Positions 14,133 to 29,114 of a stretch of DNA of 64,000 nucleotides are shown here, in pieces (position 1 is the first letter of the stretch; the number at the start of each line of letters is the position of its first letter). This DNA comes from Octopus bimaculoides. Taxonomy: Eukaryota. Made by a program: the position numbers and the translations under genes. Where the stretch lies: positions 53,977,723-54,041,722 of the forward strand of contig NC_068992.1 of assembly GCF_001194135.2 (NCBI RefSeq), written 5' to 3'. A model generated the notes under the pieces. It was given only the letters and a program-made list of their open reading frames with translations. It was not told the DNA's origin and made no database searches.

Positions 14133-15872
14133 TCACACACAGACACAAACATAATATTCTCAATATATAAAGTGGGTGGCTATATGTATACGGGGTTTAT
14201 GGGTATATACGCTTGTAATTCCATTATCTGTTTCTTGTATTTTGTGTGTGTATGTATTGGTGTGTGTATATATATACATATATACATACATATATACATA
14301 CATATATACATATATACATACATATATACATAGATATATATGTATATATATTTATGTATATATATACGGGTTTGTATTGCTTGAGTATAAATGTGCCTGT
14401 GTATGTCAGTGTTAGGTTTTATACCTGTATGATTGAGTGTATACGCACACACGTACATACGCACCAAGACACACATATACACACCTTCACATTGTGTACG
14501 CAAATACCTCGGTGCATATACATACACATATCCATAAGTTTTATGGAGCTAAGTGAGAAAAAAAAATCAAGATAATTGTTTATCTTGAACACGCTACTGT
14601 TCTGTGAAAACCATGAGTCAATTTGCTCACGCATCAACAACAAAATCTTCCTTAATATTTCCACTAATTACACGTAAGCAGCTAAACACAGCGTTATAGC
14701 TTCCGGTATGTAATGTATTAACCATGATATAGAATATTTTCTTTGTCGCTCGATCCGCTAGAAAGAGCAGTTAAGTTGCTTTTGTAATTTCAATGTACAA
14801 ACCATGAAAAATTCTCGTTTTGCAAAGAGAATCTTACTAAGAGTGTTATGTAGTTTATACGTATATGAGAAATAGCAACGAAACAGATTTTTGGATAACA
14901 TCCTACCAGCTTATGTGGGGAAGGATACAGACATTGGTTAATGTATTCCATGATATACTACTCCTGAACCGTGGTAGTGAGAGGGTTATAGCTTCATATC
15001 GTATGAATGCATCATTTGCTAGAAATTGCAACCAAACAGCCTTCACACTGTCACAATATCATCATCATTTTGACCTAAGTAAGTCTTATTCCGCTAACGT
15101 ATCATCAGACTCAAGCAGACTGTGCTATTATCGACAGACCATTCTGATGCACTGAGATATGGAGTGAGTCCTAAGTACTATATTTATACCAGCATTACAA
15201 TTTAACGATTATATCATGACCGAGAATATAAATACATTAATGTAAACCCTCTATCTTCCATTACATCGTTGCTCAGATGCTTGCGTAAGATAGTTTCCAG
15301 CAAACATTGTTTTCAAAATAGTTAACGACTATTTAAATATTATGTAACAAAGGCGTTAAATGTATGTCAGGTGCAAGTAATGCAATTGATTGCGAAAAAT
15401 GAATTACTCTGTTGTCTTCTCTTTGAAGATAAGCAATTATATAGTGATCACTGCTTATTATGAAATACTAATAGATGATACATTTATATAATACATTTAT
15501 TACGTTACATCAGTTACATTGTTACATCAGTTTCCGTGCTTAACAAATAATTAAGAATCTCAGATGTGAAATGTATTCTTCATGTAATAGTGCTTACAAG
15601 TAATCACGATGTATGAACAGATCTTTACAAGCTAATTATGATGCGTCTTCCATCTGCTTTCGTTGTAACTACCTTTCAATTGTCAACACCCCTAACCCAT
15701 AATCTCCCGTACAATAGACTTTTTTTTTTTTGTCTGCGATGTTAATATTTGTGTAGAATACTTTAAAACTCTCCTTATAAACTTACACAGCTCCCTGTCA
15801 ATGGTTTCTGCTCAGACATAAAAATGAATCTCTTTCTCTCTCTCTTCTCTCTCTCCCTCTCTCTTCTCTCTC

Positions 15873-15913
<41 letters not shown>

Positions 15914-17491
15914 TTATCTACTACTATCTATCTATTTATCTCTCTCTATTAATTTATCTATTTTTCTATCTACTTCTATCTATCTATCTCTTACACTCTC
16001 TCTCCTCTCTCATTTTTTTTCTACATATTATTCCCTTAATATTATGAAAATGTTTTATCCTGGCAACCTTCTGTACATTACTACTAGCCGCCTCATTTAG
16101 CAATCATCGGACTCCATAATTTACAAAAATATAAATGAAATGCTGTACAGGTGTCATTTAAAAGAATAAATCTAACAAACACTGACAAACACACACACAC
16201 ATTAAATTCTTATTTCTACCTCCATCATGAAGCCTAATCACTCTTCTATGACTAGCGTCTATTTTTGACAACAGCTGATCGGTGTATTTACTACCTGATT
16301 TCACAATAGTATACTTTTTTTTGGATATTGACCATATAAATCTATCATTAATAATGCTCATTTTAGTAAGAAGTAAAATATAACAACGTAGGATGGATCA
16401 TTAAATCTTGTCCCAAACGTTCGAGTTATGTCAAAAAAAAAAAGGATTAGTGTATACTTGAAGTAAACGTCGTATTGCTTAATAACTTGCTGACCCGAAA
16501 CAGACGCTTCGTAATGAAATTTCTTTGTCTTATATTCGTTGCTATATCACACCACTTATTTATGTTTCATATCTGATTATCCGGACGAATTCTTTTTATC
16601 CCGTTCTTTCTCTTACTTAAACTGAGAACACTCTAGAACGACTATACATAGCTTCTTATATTATTTCTGTGCAAAATATAATAGAATGTTATTTGTCTGT
16701 TCGTTTTTTATTGTTTTTCTTTTTGTGTCCTTCTTGCTTTTGTTTAGCCCTAAATTAACTCTGAACAAGCAGGCCTACAACCAACAAGATTCAGGTCGTG
16801 AACATTTTTTTAGAAGATATATCTAAATTTACGTTACCTGATGCGTCTTTTCAATATTTTCTAAGATGGTAGGATTCGAATAGTGGAGGATTTGGTCATT
16901 ATTTATAGCCGGTCGTGTGACCAGTAGACTCTCAGTCTTAATTTTTATAAGTTTGAAGCGGAAAAGAAATTGATTAATGCCCTAAAACCAGTCCTTGTAT
17001 ACCTCTAACTATAATACGTACAGAACGGTACGATAATGGTATTTTTTAAGCCATGTCATGAGATCATTTAGTAAAATATTCCGTATTAATATGACCATAA
17101 TATTTTATTGGATTCTAATTTAGAGTAATGGTCTCTTCTATTTATTTTATTTACCACTTTAACAGCGTCCGTTGAGAGAGAGAGAGAGAGAAGGAAGGTT
17201 GTGAAAATGTGAGGATATGAAACGCTGTGTATGTAAATGTATATGTTGAGAGTAATAGAGAATGTTACAGATAGATAATATAGATGTAACAGCAATGTAG
17301 TACAACGGCTGTAACACTTCATGTGTCGTCGGAGTACTGGGGAGCAATTTTAATGAATAAAGGAAACAATTACTGGAGTCATCGAAATTCAGTCAGATGA
17401 ATTGCAGGGATTTGGGCCGTATAAAAGTAGCTTATTGCATGTAAGGACAGAAGACCAGTCAACTACCAGAACTTGACTGGAATATTATTTT

Positions 17492-17690
17492 CTTTTCTAG
17501 TCTAGGCACAAGGCCCAAAATTTTGGGGGAGGGGGCTAATCGATTAGATCGACCCCAGTACGGAAACGGTACTTAATTTATCAACCCCGAAAGGATGAAA
17601 GGCAAAGCCGACCTTGGTGGAATTTGAACTCGGAATGTAAAGACAGATGAAATACCGATAAGTGCCAGCATTTCTGCCAGCTTATCGCCT
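17492..17690 (-). mobile_element. Near full-length young SINE (family B: GCCTTTCATCCTTTCGGGGTCGATAAATTAAGTACCAG central domain) with long TSD
   Basis: Close match to the other family-B copies in the window; flanked by AGAACTTGA(C/G)TGGAATATTATTTT at 17468-17491 and 17691-17714. The central domain resembles Meta/MESC-type SINE domains (unverified). Confidence 0.9.
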
Positions 17691-19636
17691 AGAACTTGAG
17701 TGGAATATTATTTTATCCATCCGGGAAGGAAAAAAAAACAAAGTTGACCTACATATGATTTGAACGCAGGATATGAGTCGAAACAAATATCTCAAGATAC
17801 TTTTTTACGCTCTAACAATTCCAACGACACCTTCACACTGGTGATTGCTTGCGTCGGTTAATAAAAATAAAAAATAAAAACTGAATGGTATTACTCGAAA
17901 TACCAAAGCTCATCTCTTTTCACGTCACACAAACTTATCTTATTTTACAAATGCTGTTAATTATTTGTAGAGTGGAACGCCTGCTTGTGTACATTTCGAT
18001 TACATTCACAGTTTTTTCCATTGGGAATCTAGTTACATGTCGGTTAAACGTCATTTCTCGCCATGATCAGTTATACTATTCACGATCTTTCACCAGCAAC
18101 GACTGCGTGTGAGATATTCAGAAACACCAGTAATCAAAACACAAAAAAATATGAAAGAACAGCAATAATCAGAAATATTTATCTAAAACGGAACAGCTTT
18201 TGCCTTAAATGCTGCAAGTGCAAACAATTCATGTCATATCGCTGAGGGTGTTTTTTTTTTATTCATAATTCTATTTACTATTGCTAGAATCAAACAAATT
18301 TTGTGTCAATTTTTCTTCATTCTTCACTGATATGAATCTATTGTGCAGAATCCACTCGTGAACATTACTGATTGACCTAAGATTTGAAATTCCTGGAAGA
18401 TGGTTTGTACACTTGTAAAGACATTTCAAACAGTTCGTACTTGCTTCTTTGATTTGATATTATTTTGTCTTCTTGTTTCTCTTTGTCTTTGTCCACCACT
18501 TAAAAATCCGATATTTCTTTTCTTTTCAACACTTTGAGACCAGATGTTTGAAGATAACTGAAAGCATTTTGAATGAAGTCAAAGGGAAAATTTTTAGAAA
18601 TTCCATCGTAGGCATTCAAAATATTTATTCTGTCTATTAACTACTACGAGTTGTACACAAGTATTTCACTGGTACTCCGAGTTATACATGAGTATTTTAC
18701 CGGTACTACTTTTATCTAGTTACAGGTATGTAAAGCTTAATTTGAAGCTGAGTAATGCAATGCCTCATGATCTGGTGATTTTTATTACAGAATAAATCCA
18801 TATATTTGATTTGGGGGACACAGTAAGTTACATAAACCTTAGTATTTCACTACAGAATAAGGAAAACAAAGATTTTTGGTGGCATTCGAAATTAGAAGTT
18901 AGAAAGGTGTAACTAAAAATCGCATGCAATATATAAGATATTGAGTTGAGAATGGTTTCATTCAAGCTATATTCCTGCATAGCGTTCTTTTATATGTATT
19001 TCTTTACTCGAGGAAACTCCTACACTGTAAAATATATCTTTCTGAAATTAAGATATGTTCAGATTTACTGAAAAAATAATTTAACGCAGCCAAGGAATAG
19101 TTGTCTGGCTTTCGAGAGAATGAATTTTGTATTTCATTGTAGCAAAGACGAAGTTTTATTCTAATGAAGGTTTCTTAGTTGTAACTATTGAGGCAGTAGA
19201 ATTAGTAAAAACGTGATATTTCGGTTTGCTCTCTGTTCTCTCAATTGAAATTCCCTATGAGTCAACTTTTTCTGCTTTTATCCTGCTGTTGTCAAAGGAC
19301 AAATGAAGTATCACTAAAGAATTAGAGTCAGTTCATTTTTATTCCCCCTCTCGTATTTGGTTACACGACACCAAAAGAAATGTGGAAGACACTCACAACG
19401 TCGATTTCTCCATAGATGTAGAAGAGGTAAAACAGTGGGCTAGCAACATCTCATGGACGAAATATCATAAGTGAAACTATCAAAGAACTTAACACTGTGT
19501 GGTATAGCACAGAAAGTGAATATGATGAAGAAACGATAAAATCTAATACGAATTATCGCAGGTATATTTATCCCTGCATCAAATTGTTTGACAGTTACAA
19601 GCATAGAAATTGTTTGACAGTAACAAGATAAAGTAA

Positions 19637-19787
19637 TTTCAAATTATGGTACAAGGCCAGCAATCTTGTGGGATGAGGCAAGTGGATTATATCGACTTCA
19701 GTGCTGAAATGGTACTTATGTCATCGACCCTGAAAGGATGAAAGGCAAAGGTGACCTCGGCGGAATTTGCCCGGTGTGCTAACGAAA
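19637..19787 (-). mobile_element. SINE family B with internal deletion
   Basis: GGTACAAGGCCAGCAATC...CGACCCTGAAAGGATGAAAGGCAAAGGTGACCTCGGCGGAATTTG joined directly to CCCGGTGTGCTAACGA. Confidence 0.85.
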
Positions 19788-20849
19788 CTTTTGGGGCAAT
19801 ATGACAGTTTTCTTTCATTCTTCTGGAGATGTCTACTCTTTGATGTTACTCTTCCCGCTTTTCATAACTGCCAAGTCTTCGTGAAATAACCCACAACCAT
19901 CACATGAAAAGAAACTTATCTACATTGCATAATGTGGTCCACCATATCACTAAAATCAATGGGTAATCACTACTGGAATAGTCGACGATTAAAACTATCT
20001 TAGGACGTTGCCTTCTTTCTACCAATTTGGTCTAAGCATGACGGCATTGTAATGACAATGTCATTTAAGAATTGATAAATTGATAAATTGACAAAAGATA
20101 AATACTCTATTTTACTATTATGCTGTTCCCAAATGCAAAACGATTCATTGTAGATAATTACATAATTCACTTTATTTTTATAATCCTTTTTAAAATCCCC
20201 TTATCACTTGTTTATTTTATGATGTTATATTGTATTGTCAGTAAAGCAATATCGAGTTCTGAAAAAAAGTAGCGAATCAGGAAAAGAAACAAAGAAAGAA
20301 AGGACCAAAATAGCAGACGTCGCTATTTTATTTCTACTACTAAGCCGAAACATTTATCAGAGCAAGTGCATTACAAATACTGTATAAATAGTTTTAAGGT
20401 TGAATTTTCATCTCATTAGCAGCTAATCTGCATCAAAGCTTAGCTTAATGAAATAAAACATAAAGAACAAAAGAAGCAACGATAAACGAAGGAACGATGC
20501 TGTGATGTATCCTAGCAAGAACGATTCTGATTAATTGACTGACATTTCTTTGACTTCGCTGCAATCATGTTGATTGGCACAAAATGATCATTCTGTATTG
20601 TACAAGCCGCCATGTTTCATGTCGGCCATTGATAAGAGCGTTTCAAAGACAGGAATATTGGTCTACAAATGCTGTTCATTTGAGTTTCGTTCATTATTTT
20701 ATTTTACTTTTGCTTTCCTTCCTTCTTTATCCTTTTTTTTATACTATTTTCTTTCTAGCTTTATTTCTCCGTGCCTGTCTCTCCTCCCCTTCTCTTCCAT
20801 TCTGTTTTACATTCTTTTATTCACCTTCTTTACTCTCTCACTAGTTGTT

Positions 20850-20951
<102 letters not shown>

Positions 20952-21619
20952 CGTCTTCTCCGTTCTTTCACATTTTCTCTCTTTGCTCTCTCTATCTCTC
21001 TACTTATCTATCACTTTTTCTCTCTTTTGTTCTGCGTTTCCGTTTTCCTCTGATTCTTTGTTTCTTTATCTGCAACCATCCTATTTTCTCGTTTTATTTT
21101 TATTCTTTCTTCCTCCCTACTCTCCCTCCAACTTTCTCTCCCTGTCTCTCGCCTGCTTTCGTATAATATACGACCACATTCTTTTAGCGTACTATTTAGA
21201 AGTACACACATGGTGACATCTATTTTATGTTAATGATTTGTAGGGAAAACTTAGTTTCATTATAAATAGTAACTATCATTTTCTAGTCCAACTTCTGGGG
21301 GCGATAATGTATATAAAAATACAGTCAGTCTGTCTAGTACTTCTGTTATGGATTTAGTCAAAAGCAGGACCTGAGCTAAAGTTTTATAAAACTTTAATCA
21401 CCTCAAATATATAGCACTGCTCTGTCTCTTTCGATATTACTCCTTTTGAGGGAAGTAAATGGTTTCAACAGTGATGTGAAATGAAAAATGTAGGTATTCC
21501 CGCTCTGAAATTTAAATACATTCATGAATTCTTGCCTAGATCTACGCAAGCCTATTTAGGAAGGAAGGTAAATTTCCATAAAATTTTCAAACTCATATTT
21601 CAGTAGAAGTCACTAAATT

Positions 21620-21820
21620 GATAGAATCGGTAGAGCGACGGACAAAAGACCTCGTGGTGTTTAGGTACACCTTTCTGCCGCTCACCCGAAATCAATCCTT
21701 TGTTAACTTTCACTATCATCCCTCTAGTATTTCTAATATAAATAACCAGTCAAGTACGGCGGTCAATAGAAACCGCCTAAAACCTTCCCTCATAAAATGT
21801 GGTTTTGCACCAAAGTTAAC
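21620..21820 (+). mobile_element. SINE family B, strongly decayed
   Basis: GATAGAATCGGTAGAGCG head and AAATAACCAGTCAAGTAC central segment in the expected order. Confidence 0.55.
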
Positions 21821-22929
21821 CTGAATTATCATTTCTGTACGAAACTAAATTAGTTTCTATAGGATAACTACTTCTATGATACTTCGTACGATGTTTTCTA
21901 TATTTACCTTTACTTGTTATTATCTCACCTCTTTTCTCGTGTATAAACAAACTATTGATTTAGTTATTTCTAAATGTTTCCATTAGATATTTTGTATTAA
22001 CGTTGTGCATTGACTGTGTAATAAGAATATGTACAGAATACTAGTGGCATTTCCTGCATAAAAGAAAGGCATTGAATTCATGGCTAAGGTATATAAAAAG
22101 ATTGCAAATAATATATCAGATTTTAATATGGATCTTACACTTTTTATGAAATGCAGCTGAAAGAAGGTAGCATATATATTTGTTGCGCTCTACTTCAACT
22201 TTATGGTTTTATATATTAATATTACATGGCTCACGTACCAGCGTTACCCAACTCCTGCTTTCTATTAATCTTATGTTTTGTAGAGGTTTTGTAGAGGCTA
22301 TTTTATTTATGCAATACTTTTCAGAATTCCTAGGTATACTTGACGAATAAATCCAGTATACACCAGTTTGTATTATATCCGCTACATAGTAACCAAACTA
22401 AGCATTATAAAATGCCCTAATTTCCGCTGTTCAGGCGTTTCTGCAATCTCACGGTCGCATTCTGCTTACTATGGTACATTAAACTTTATAATTAGATGTG
22501 TATAGTATTATATTAAACTGCAACAAATCAAAATGTTTTAATATTTAATTCGGATATTTCAAACATTGACTCAATACTTGGCAACATAATGTGATGACAA
22601 CTGACTTAGAATTAATCTGTGATTTTATAATTAATTAAAAATTAATGCACCGAATTGTTCAGAGCTTATATTTCATAGCTAATGTTTCATAGCGAATAAT
22701 TTATATCAATGTTGTCCTCTTCTGCGAATACGCAATCATGGTCGTTTTGAAATCAATTAGAGTGTTTTTCATTGCTACACTTGATTGAAAATTTTTCGTG
22801 GCCATAATTAATTAATACGGTTATTGGAAAGTAACGAACTATACCTCACCACAATAGATTTTAGATTCCGATTTTACTGGTGATAAATTTTGCAAAAATT
22901 ATTTTACCAACATCAGCTTAGGAGGTACT

Positions 22930-23520
22930 CTACTGGAACACCTTAATGAAATTACAGTTCGAACTATCACAAGATTAGAACTTAAAGAACTGACTTAAGA
23001 AGTCGCATCTGGTTGACTTCTCTGTCCTGGCTCTCAACGATAAAGTTTTCTATGACATCTTTATAAAGCAAAAAGGACCCAGTTGATTAACGGCATCAAA
23101 CTAATTGATATGATCTTGCTTATTAATCTCATTGTTTGTTTGATAAGTCATCCAGCTAACTAACATTGATTCATCAACATTAAACCTGCGTCTACTATCC
23201 CATGGATAAGCTGTGTCGTTTTTTGTATCTAGTCTACCGTAACTAGAACAGCTTCTACTCCGCTGAACCAGAATCCTACTTAACATCTTCGTTCAAGCTA
23301 CATAGATGCACACGCCTCACCTTACAGCATCTTCCATTATTGGTTATAACCCCAATTAACTCCACACTAAACGGTACACTCGTTGCTTGTCCTTTAGAAC
23401 TACAGCTTTCTGCGTATTCAATCTGGAGTTTTTTTCAGACTGGACATCAACGGTACCGTGTTTTCCACTCTGAGTATACGGGCAAAACACTTTCACCAAC
23501 TATATAACAACAAATCGAAC
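22930..23520 (+). mobile_element. Heavily decayed LINE apurinic-endonuclease region (RTE-like)
   Basis: Fragmentary frames give VRTITRLELKELT, SVLALND, KPASTIPWISC and LNGTLV...QL...FFQ in the order of APE-domain motifs (NVRTL, ILALQE, TTIISCY, NG..LL..NL...FFQ). Many stops and frameshifts. Confidence 0.4.
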
Positions 23521-23707
23521 TAACTGTCAAGTGATCTGGGGATGGTATATCATAATTACTATATATATTACAGTTTACAGCTGTAATTAAAATTCACACT
23601 GCATAATTGTATTATTGACGTGTGAAAATTCAGGAGAGTTTAGTTCTACCAGAACAACCTGAAGATAGAAATTTTGAATGAGACTTTCCCAATTAATGTT
23701 ATGTTAG

Positions 23708-23744
23708 ATATAATAATAATAATAACAACAACAACAACAACAAC

Positions 23745-23791
<47 letters not shown>

Positions 23792-23814
23792 GGAGGAGGA
23801 GGATAATAATTATG

Positions 23815-23848
<34 letters not shown>

Positions 23849-23930
23849 TAATAATAATGATAATAATAATATTATTATCATTATTATTATGATTATTATT
23901 ATTATTATTGTTATTATTATTATTATTAAC
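23708..23930. repeat. (AAT)n switching to (ATT)n microsatellite
   Basis: Direct inspection. Confidence 0.95.
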
Positions 23931-25029
23931 ATCATCATAGCAATAGTAATAGGTTTCTGTAAATTGATATTTACAATTAACTACCTTAAAGTATTTCCAT
24001 TTTATAGCAGATTGAAATCAATAAACATCCCCATCTAACACCTTTTAACTCTTACACCTTCAATAGCATTCATTTTCTGTCGTTAGAATTCGAAGTCTGA
24101 AGTCATACATAGAGCGGGATAGGTTTAAACATGCATTATGTATAATAAATATTTATTATTTTGATGGGAAGCTTTACTTAACACTCAGTTTATCATTAGC
24201 ATTCCAATAGAGATGAATAAATGCTGCAACGAAGTCAATATAACTGTAGACTTTGGGATTTCTTGCCCCTTTTAACTATAACACGTGTGAAACATTTTAG
24301 ATTTGTCCTTAGTAGGATGGGTATTAGATATACAGGGTTCGGCAAAAAACATCCTACATTTCAACAGTAAATGTACGGTGTGCACCCATACAAACAATGA
24401 TGGCAACAAGAAAAAAAAAATTGCCCAAACACTAACTACACGAAGATATACTTACCAACTGTCTAAGTTCCCTAGTAAACATGGATCGAAACAAAAGTGT
24501 TCGGTTTTCTTTGGTTCACCCTGAACACTTCAAAGTATCTAAGCAGATTCATTTGAAAGTGCAGTTTTTATACAATATACAGTAGGACAGAAAAATGCTT
24601 AACATTCAATATATAATTCATTCCTAGATTTATATATGTTTAATGCAGCTAGGGTACCTACCTTGACACTTCCAGCCCAAGATGCACGTGTAGGAAGTTT
24701 TTTGCTTTTTTAAAGTTAAAACGCAGAATTTTCTGTTGGTAACATGTCTCCTCTCGCTTTGCCATATTTTGGGGTTGTTTTTAAGAGACTACAAGTATGA
24801 ATATTGCATCTGGCCGCATGAGTTGAAGTCAGAATTGATAGAATTAAATCGATCACACAAAATATCCTACTCGATGCTGTAACAATTCTTCCAATCCGCT
24901 ACCTTGGACTGACAGATTAATTCACGACCTTCTCATTCGAGGATGAAGTTTGTACAATCTTGTTTGTTGGGCTCCGGAGGTTGTTTGGCAAGTCAGGCAA
25001 CTAACTAGTGACAATTGAATCAAATTAAT

Positions 25030-25232
25030 GCGGCGAGCTGGCAGAATCGATAGCACGCCAGCAAAATTCTTAGCGGAATTTCGTCCGCCTTTGCACTCTG
25101 AGTTCAAGTTCCTCCGAGGCCAACTTTGATTTTCATCTGTTCGACTTCAATTAAATAAATACCAGCTGAGCAATGGATCGATTTATTCGACTAACCTTCA
25201 CCCCAACTGTCCACAAAATTACTGCCTTGTGC
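25030..25232 (+). mobile_element. SINE family B, full length
   Basis: GCGGCGAGCTGGCAGAATCGATAGCACGCC...CTGAGTTCAAGTTCC...CCTTGTGCC. Confidence 0.85.
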
Positions 25233-26035
25233 CGACCCTTCAATTCCTATGACACAGACACACTGTCACGTCTGATACTAGTCTACCGTACAACAGTGAA
25301 GGATTTTTGCCCAAATAAATTAAACCAAGTCATTTTAGTAGATTTTTAATCAAGCCGTGAAGATTATTGCATGCCGTTCTACACGACGCATTAACAGTTC
25401 AACCAATTTGCCACTTTGCATATAACTAAACATATATATAAACTTTGACTGAAATTCCATAAGAAATTCAAAAAATGAATATTGAAAACAGGCAGAAGCA
25501 GTGTGGTGGTTATAATTTACTAATGTCACTCAAAGGGATGAACGAGCATTACCGTTTTTTTAATAACTGGAACTAGAAAACAAATATCAAAATATAACAA
25601 AAGATTCCGTTTTTCTATTTCATGATGTCCGTGGAAAGTGAGGAGAAAACACAATGCAGATGTCAACTAACTAATTCATTCGGCTGTCGTAACTTTTAAC
25701 TATTAATAATCTAAAATAGTTGATTACGAAATGGCGGCTGACAGGGCAGAATGTCATAGTAAATACATTACGGCTGTTAGATTCCTCATTTTAGTGATAC
25801 TACTTTCTCTTCTTTTTTTATTATCTTATATCTGAAAAAAAAAAGAGAAATACAGATAAATGAATCTGTGGTATTTAGATGTTTTCAAATGGTGTTATTT
25901 GGTTAATTGAATAGAAAAGCAGCCAAAACTTCATGCTTTCTGTAATAGAATAAGTCCAGCAGAAGTCAGAAGTTTCTCTTAAAATGAATTACCGGTGCCA
26001 AGAATAGCATGAAACAGACAAAAATGTATTGTTGC

Positions 26036-26068
<33 letters not shown>

Positions 26069-26389
26069 CTTTATTATTATTATTATTATTATTATTGTTG
26101 TTGTTGTTGTTGTTGTTGTTGTTATTATCTTCATCATCATCATCATCATTATTTTTATTATTCCTTAAGTAGTTTCAGTCACTGAGAAACGGCAACGCTA
26201 GAGAAAGCCATCCAATGATTGCATTCAATTATGACAACATGGCTACTTATTCTTGTATTCATTTGGAGCACCATTTATTCAATAGTCGGAGTAAAGAATT
26301 AACTCTAAGTACTGAGGTGTCTCTTTGACTTTACTACTACAATGTTTGACATTAGTATATACAAACACTAATGGAGGTATACGTATGTG

Positions 26390-26443
<54 letters not shown>

Positions 26444-26540
26444 AATATATTATATATATGTTATATATATATATATATATTATATATATGTATGTTTGTA
26501 TATATGTAGGTGTGTGTGTATTAATTTTCACCAGAGAACT

Positions 26541-26860
26541 GTTGATACTTTGGCTTAGTAGTCGTCATCATATAGTCTGATGGCAGTTAGTAAGCCAACA
26601 TTTCGAAGCAGCTGACAAAACTTCCCTTGTAAAGATTGATAATTGTGTTACTCCACTAAAAGGTATTGAATGATATTTCGAATGTCGACTATCTTCATAT
26701 AAAGCACTGCATAAAAAAACTAACAGATGTTTCTTAACCGAGGAAGAGTGTGTATATAGGTGCTCCTTAATCCGGATGTGGAATTTCTGGATTGTGCTAC
26801 CGCAAGGGCGATCCCGTACTTTGTGCACATTCACTGTACCATTTGCCAAGTACAGTTAAT
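26541..26860 (-). mobile_element. Decayed Penelope-like element fragment (GIY-YIG region)
   Basis: Minus-strand frame reads ...DRPCGSTIQKFHIRIKEHLYTHSSSVKKHL, matching the PLE pattern YIGSTxRxLHxRIKEHL...SSVxKHL. Confidence 0.6.
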
Positions 26861-26927
26861 GTGCACATAGACAGATGTTTGTGCCGACTATATGACAGTT
26901 CATATGCACAAACATATATAGTTTGAA

Positions 26928-26983
<56 letters not shown>

Positions 26984-27066
26984 TTAGATTGATAGATAGA
27001 CCCATACATAGATTATACATGTACAAATGTATATGTGTGTGTATGTATATACATGTGTGTGCGTAC

Positions 27067-27140
<74 letters not shown>

Positions 27141-27349
27141 CCATTGTTCGTTTACTTATGTTCGATGAGACTTTAAAATATTTTAATAAATATATATATA
27201 TATAGAATCCTCAAGCGAATAATGCAATATAACATAATACATGCTTTCACTAATTGTTCTAGTGAGCACAGATTACCCCAGACACACCACCACCATTTGA
27301 GCCAGCGGGTGTGTCTGAAGGAGGGAAGGCGAAAGAGAGCAAGACGGTC

Positions 27350-27495
27350 AGGTGGGGTGCTGCACCAGCACTCACTTGGTCCTCATTTTCAGACCAGTCG
27401 AATGGACCACCGTGAAATAAAGTACTTTGCTCAACGATATAACGCGGCACGAAGTAGTGAATCCACAATATTGACTTTGCCCAACACATCCTAAA
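27350..27495 (-). mobile_element. Decayed tRNA-SINE of a further family
   Basis: ACCGTGAAATAAAGTACTTTGCTCAACGATATAACGC...GAATCCACAAT...CATCCTAAACAC is consistent with the reverse complement of a tRNA head plus a GAGCAA-containing central domain. Confidence 0.5.
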
Positions 27496-27882
27496 CACAC
27501 GTACACACATATTAATGAGATTGTGTGTGTGTATGTGTGTGAGTGTGTGTGACAATATATATGTAATCATACAGAAGCTAATTCACATATATTATGTGTG
27601 TGTGTGTGTGTATGTATATGCACATACTACATACATACGCTAATACACACATACGAGGTCGTTTATATACACACGCACACAAGCAAGATCTTTCATATCA
27701 ATACACATGAAATAAATTATTTTCATTTCCAGCGAGAAATCTATTGTATTTGGAGAGAAAGGGTTGTGAAATCTCCAAGTTGAGCAATATGGACAATATT
27801 ATAAACGAAAATAGCACGTTATTAAAATGGCGACTGCATTAGCACATATGTACAAACTAAGACACAGAGATACACACAAATA

Positions 27883-28012
<130 letters not shown>

Positions 28013-28497
28013 GATACATAAATACATGCTTATATATTTAGAAAGTGAGTGAAAGACAGAGAGGTGTAGAGAGACATACTGTGCGCTGTCTCCCAAAGGT
28101 TTTACGTACCTATTTCTTTCTCACTCCCTCAATCTCTTACTTACTTTGTCCTAGTTCTTTTGCGCCAGCTTGAAATATTATGAGAAAAATATTGTGTCCA
28201 AAGTGATTTACATTCAAGTTTTATTTCTTTTTAAATTATTCCTTTATTTATTTATATAATCTGTGTCGATATTGACAATCAATTGTGTAAATAACGTTAA
28301 CACCAGATTCTACTTTACTTAAATGACTTTTGTGTTACAGCCGGCTATGTATTTACCGATTCAGAGCAGAATACATATTATACATTCACGACACAAACAC
28401 ATATATGTATATGCATGTTATATATATGTGTGTGTTTGTGCGTGTGCGTATGTTTAAAAGTGTAAGTAAAACATATACTCATATATGATATGATATG

Positions 28498-28530
<33 letters not shown>

Positions 28531-29114
28531 ATCATCGATTAATATATTATGCTTTCTTGGGGCGTTCAATCCAGGATTTTTTACACGAAATAACTTTCAT
28601 TCAGATCCTATAGTATGTTTTTATGCGTTATGGAATATACAATTATAAATTATATTAGAAATACATGGGAAACTAATCAATATTTTTAATGTTAATATAA
28701 AAGGAATACTTAATTCCTATTTCTTCTGGTCAACTAAAAATAGCTTTTTGTTTATTATAATTATTATTGCTTTTTAAATTTAGTAAATTGCTACAGGGTG
28801 TATGCATGTATGTATCTTAAGTTTAAACATATTCTTTCAATTTATCATTATTGAAATTTAGCTTCATTGTTAATATTATTGATAGCAATTATGGACCGTC
28901 TGATAAAAAAATGCTATATAGCATTTAGTTGCAATCCTAAACGATATCGTTTCTGTTCTATATTTATATTTATTTATATTTCATTTTTCCGGAGTAGATG
29001 CTATAAAATACCGGACAAGAACTTGTTTGTTATGATATCGATTCACCTACTCCATCTATATTTTCCGCTTTTTGTCTATGTTTCAAGTCTATGTTCAAGT
29101 CTATGTTTCAAGTT

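Noticed and set aside
14613-14673. Alternative phase-1 signal-peptide exon MSQFAHASTTKSSLIFPLIT
   Set aside because: Frame-compatible, but with a weaker donor (CAC|gtaagc) and a poorer hydrophobic core than 42236-42266; not excluded, but unsupported.
18480-18503. Minus-strand LSGGQRQR, an ABC-transporter signature
   Set aside because: Flanking residues (ETRRQNN) do not continue the motif, there is no Walker B, the frame is bounded by stops, and no splice sites isolate it.
18688-18725. MSILPVLLLSSY followed by AG|gtatgt
   Set aside because: The phase-2 donor is incompatible with the phase-1 acceptor at 53315, and it lies in a short local tandem duplication.
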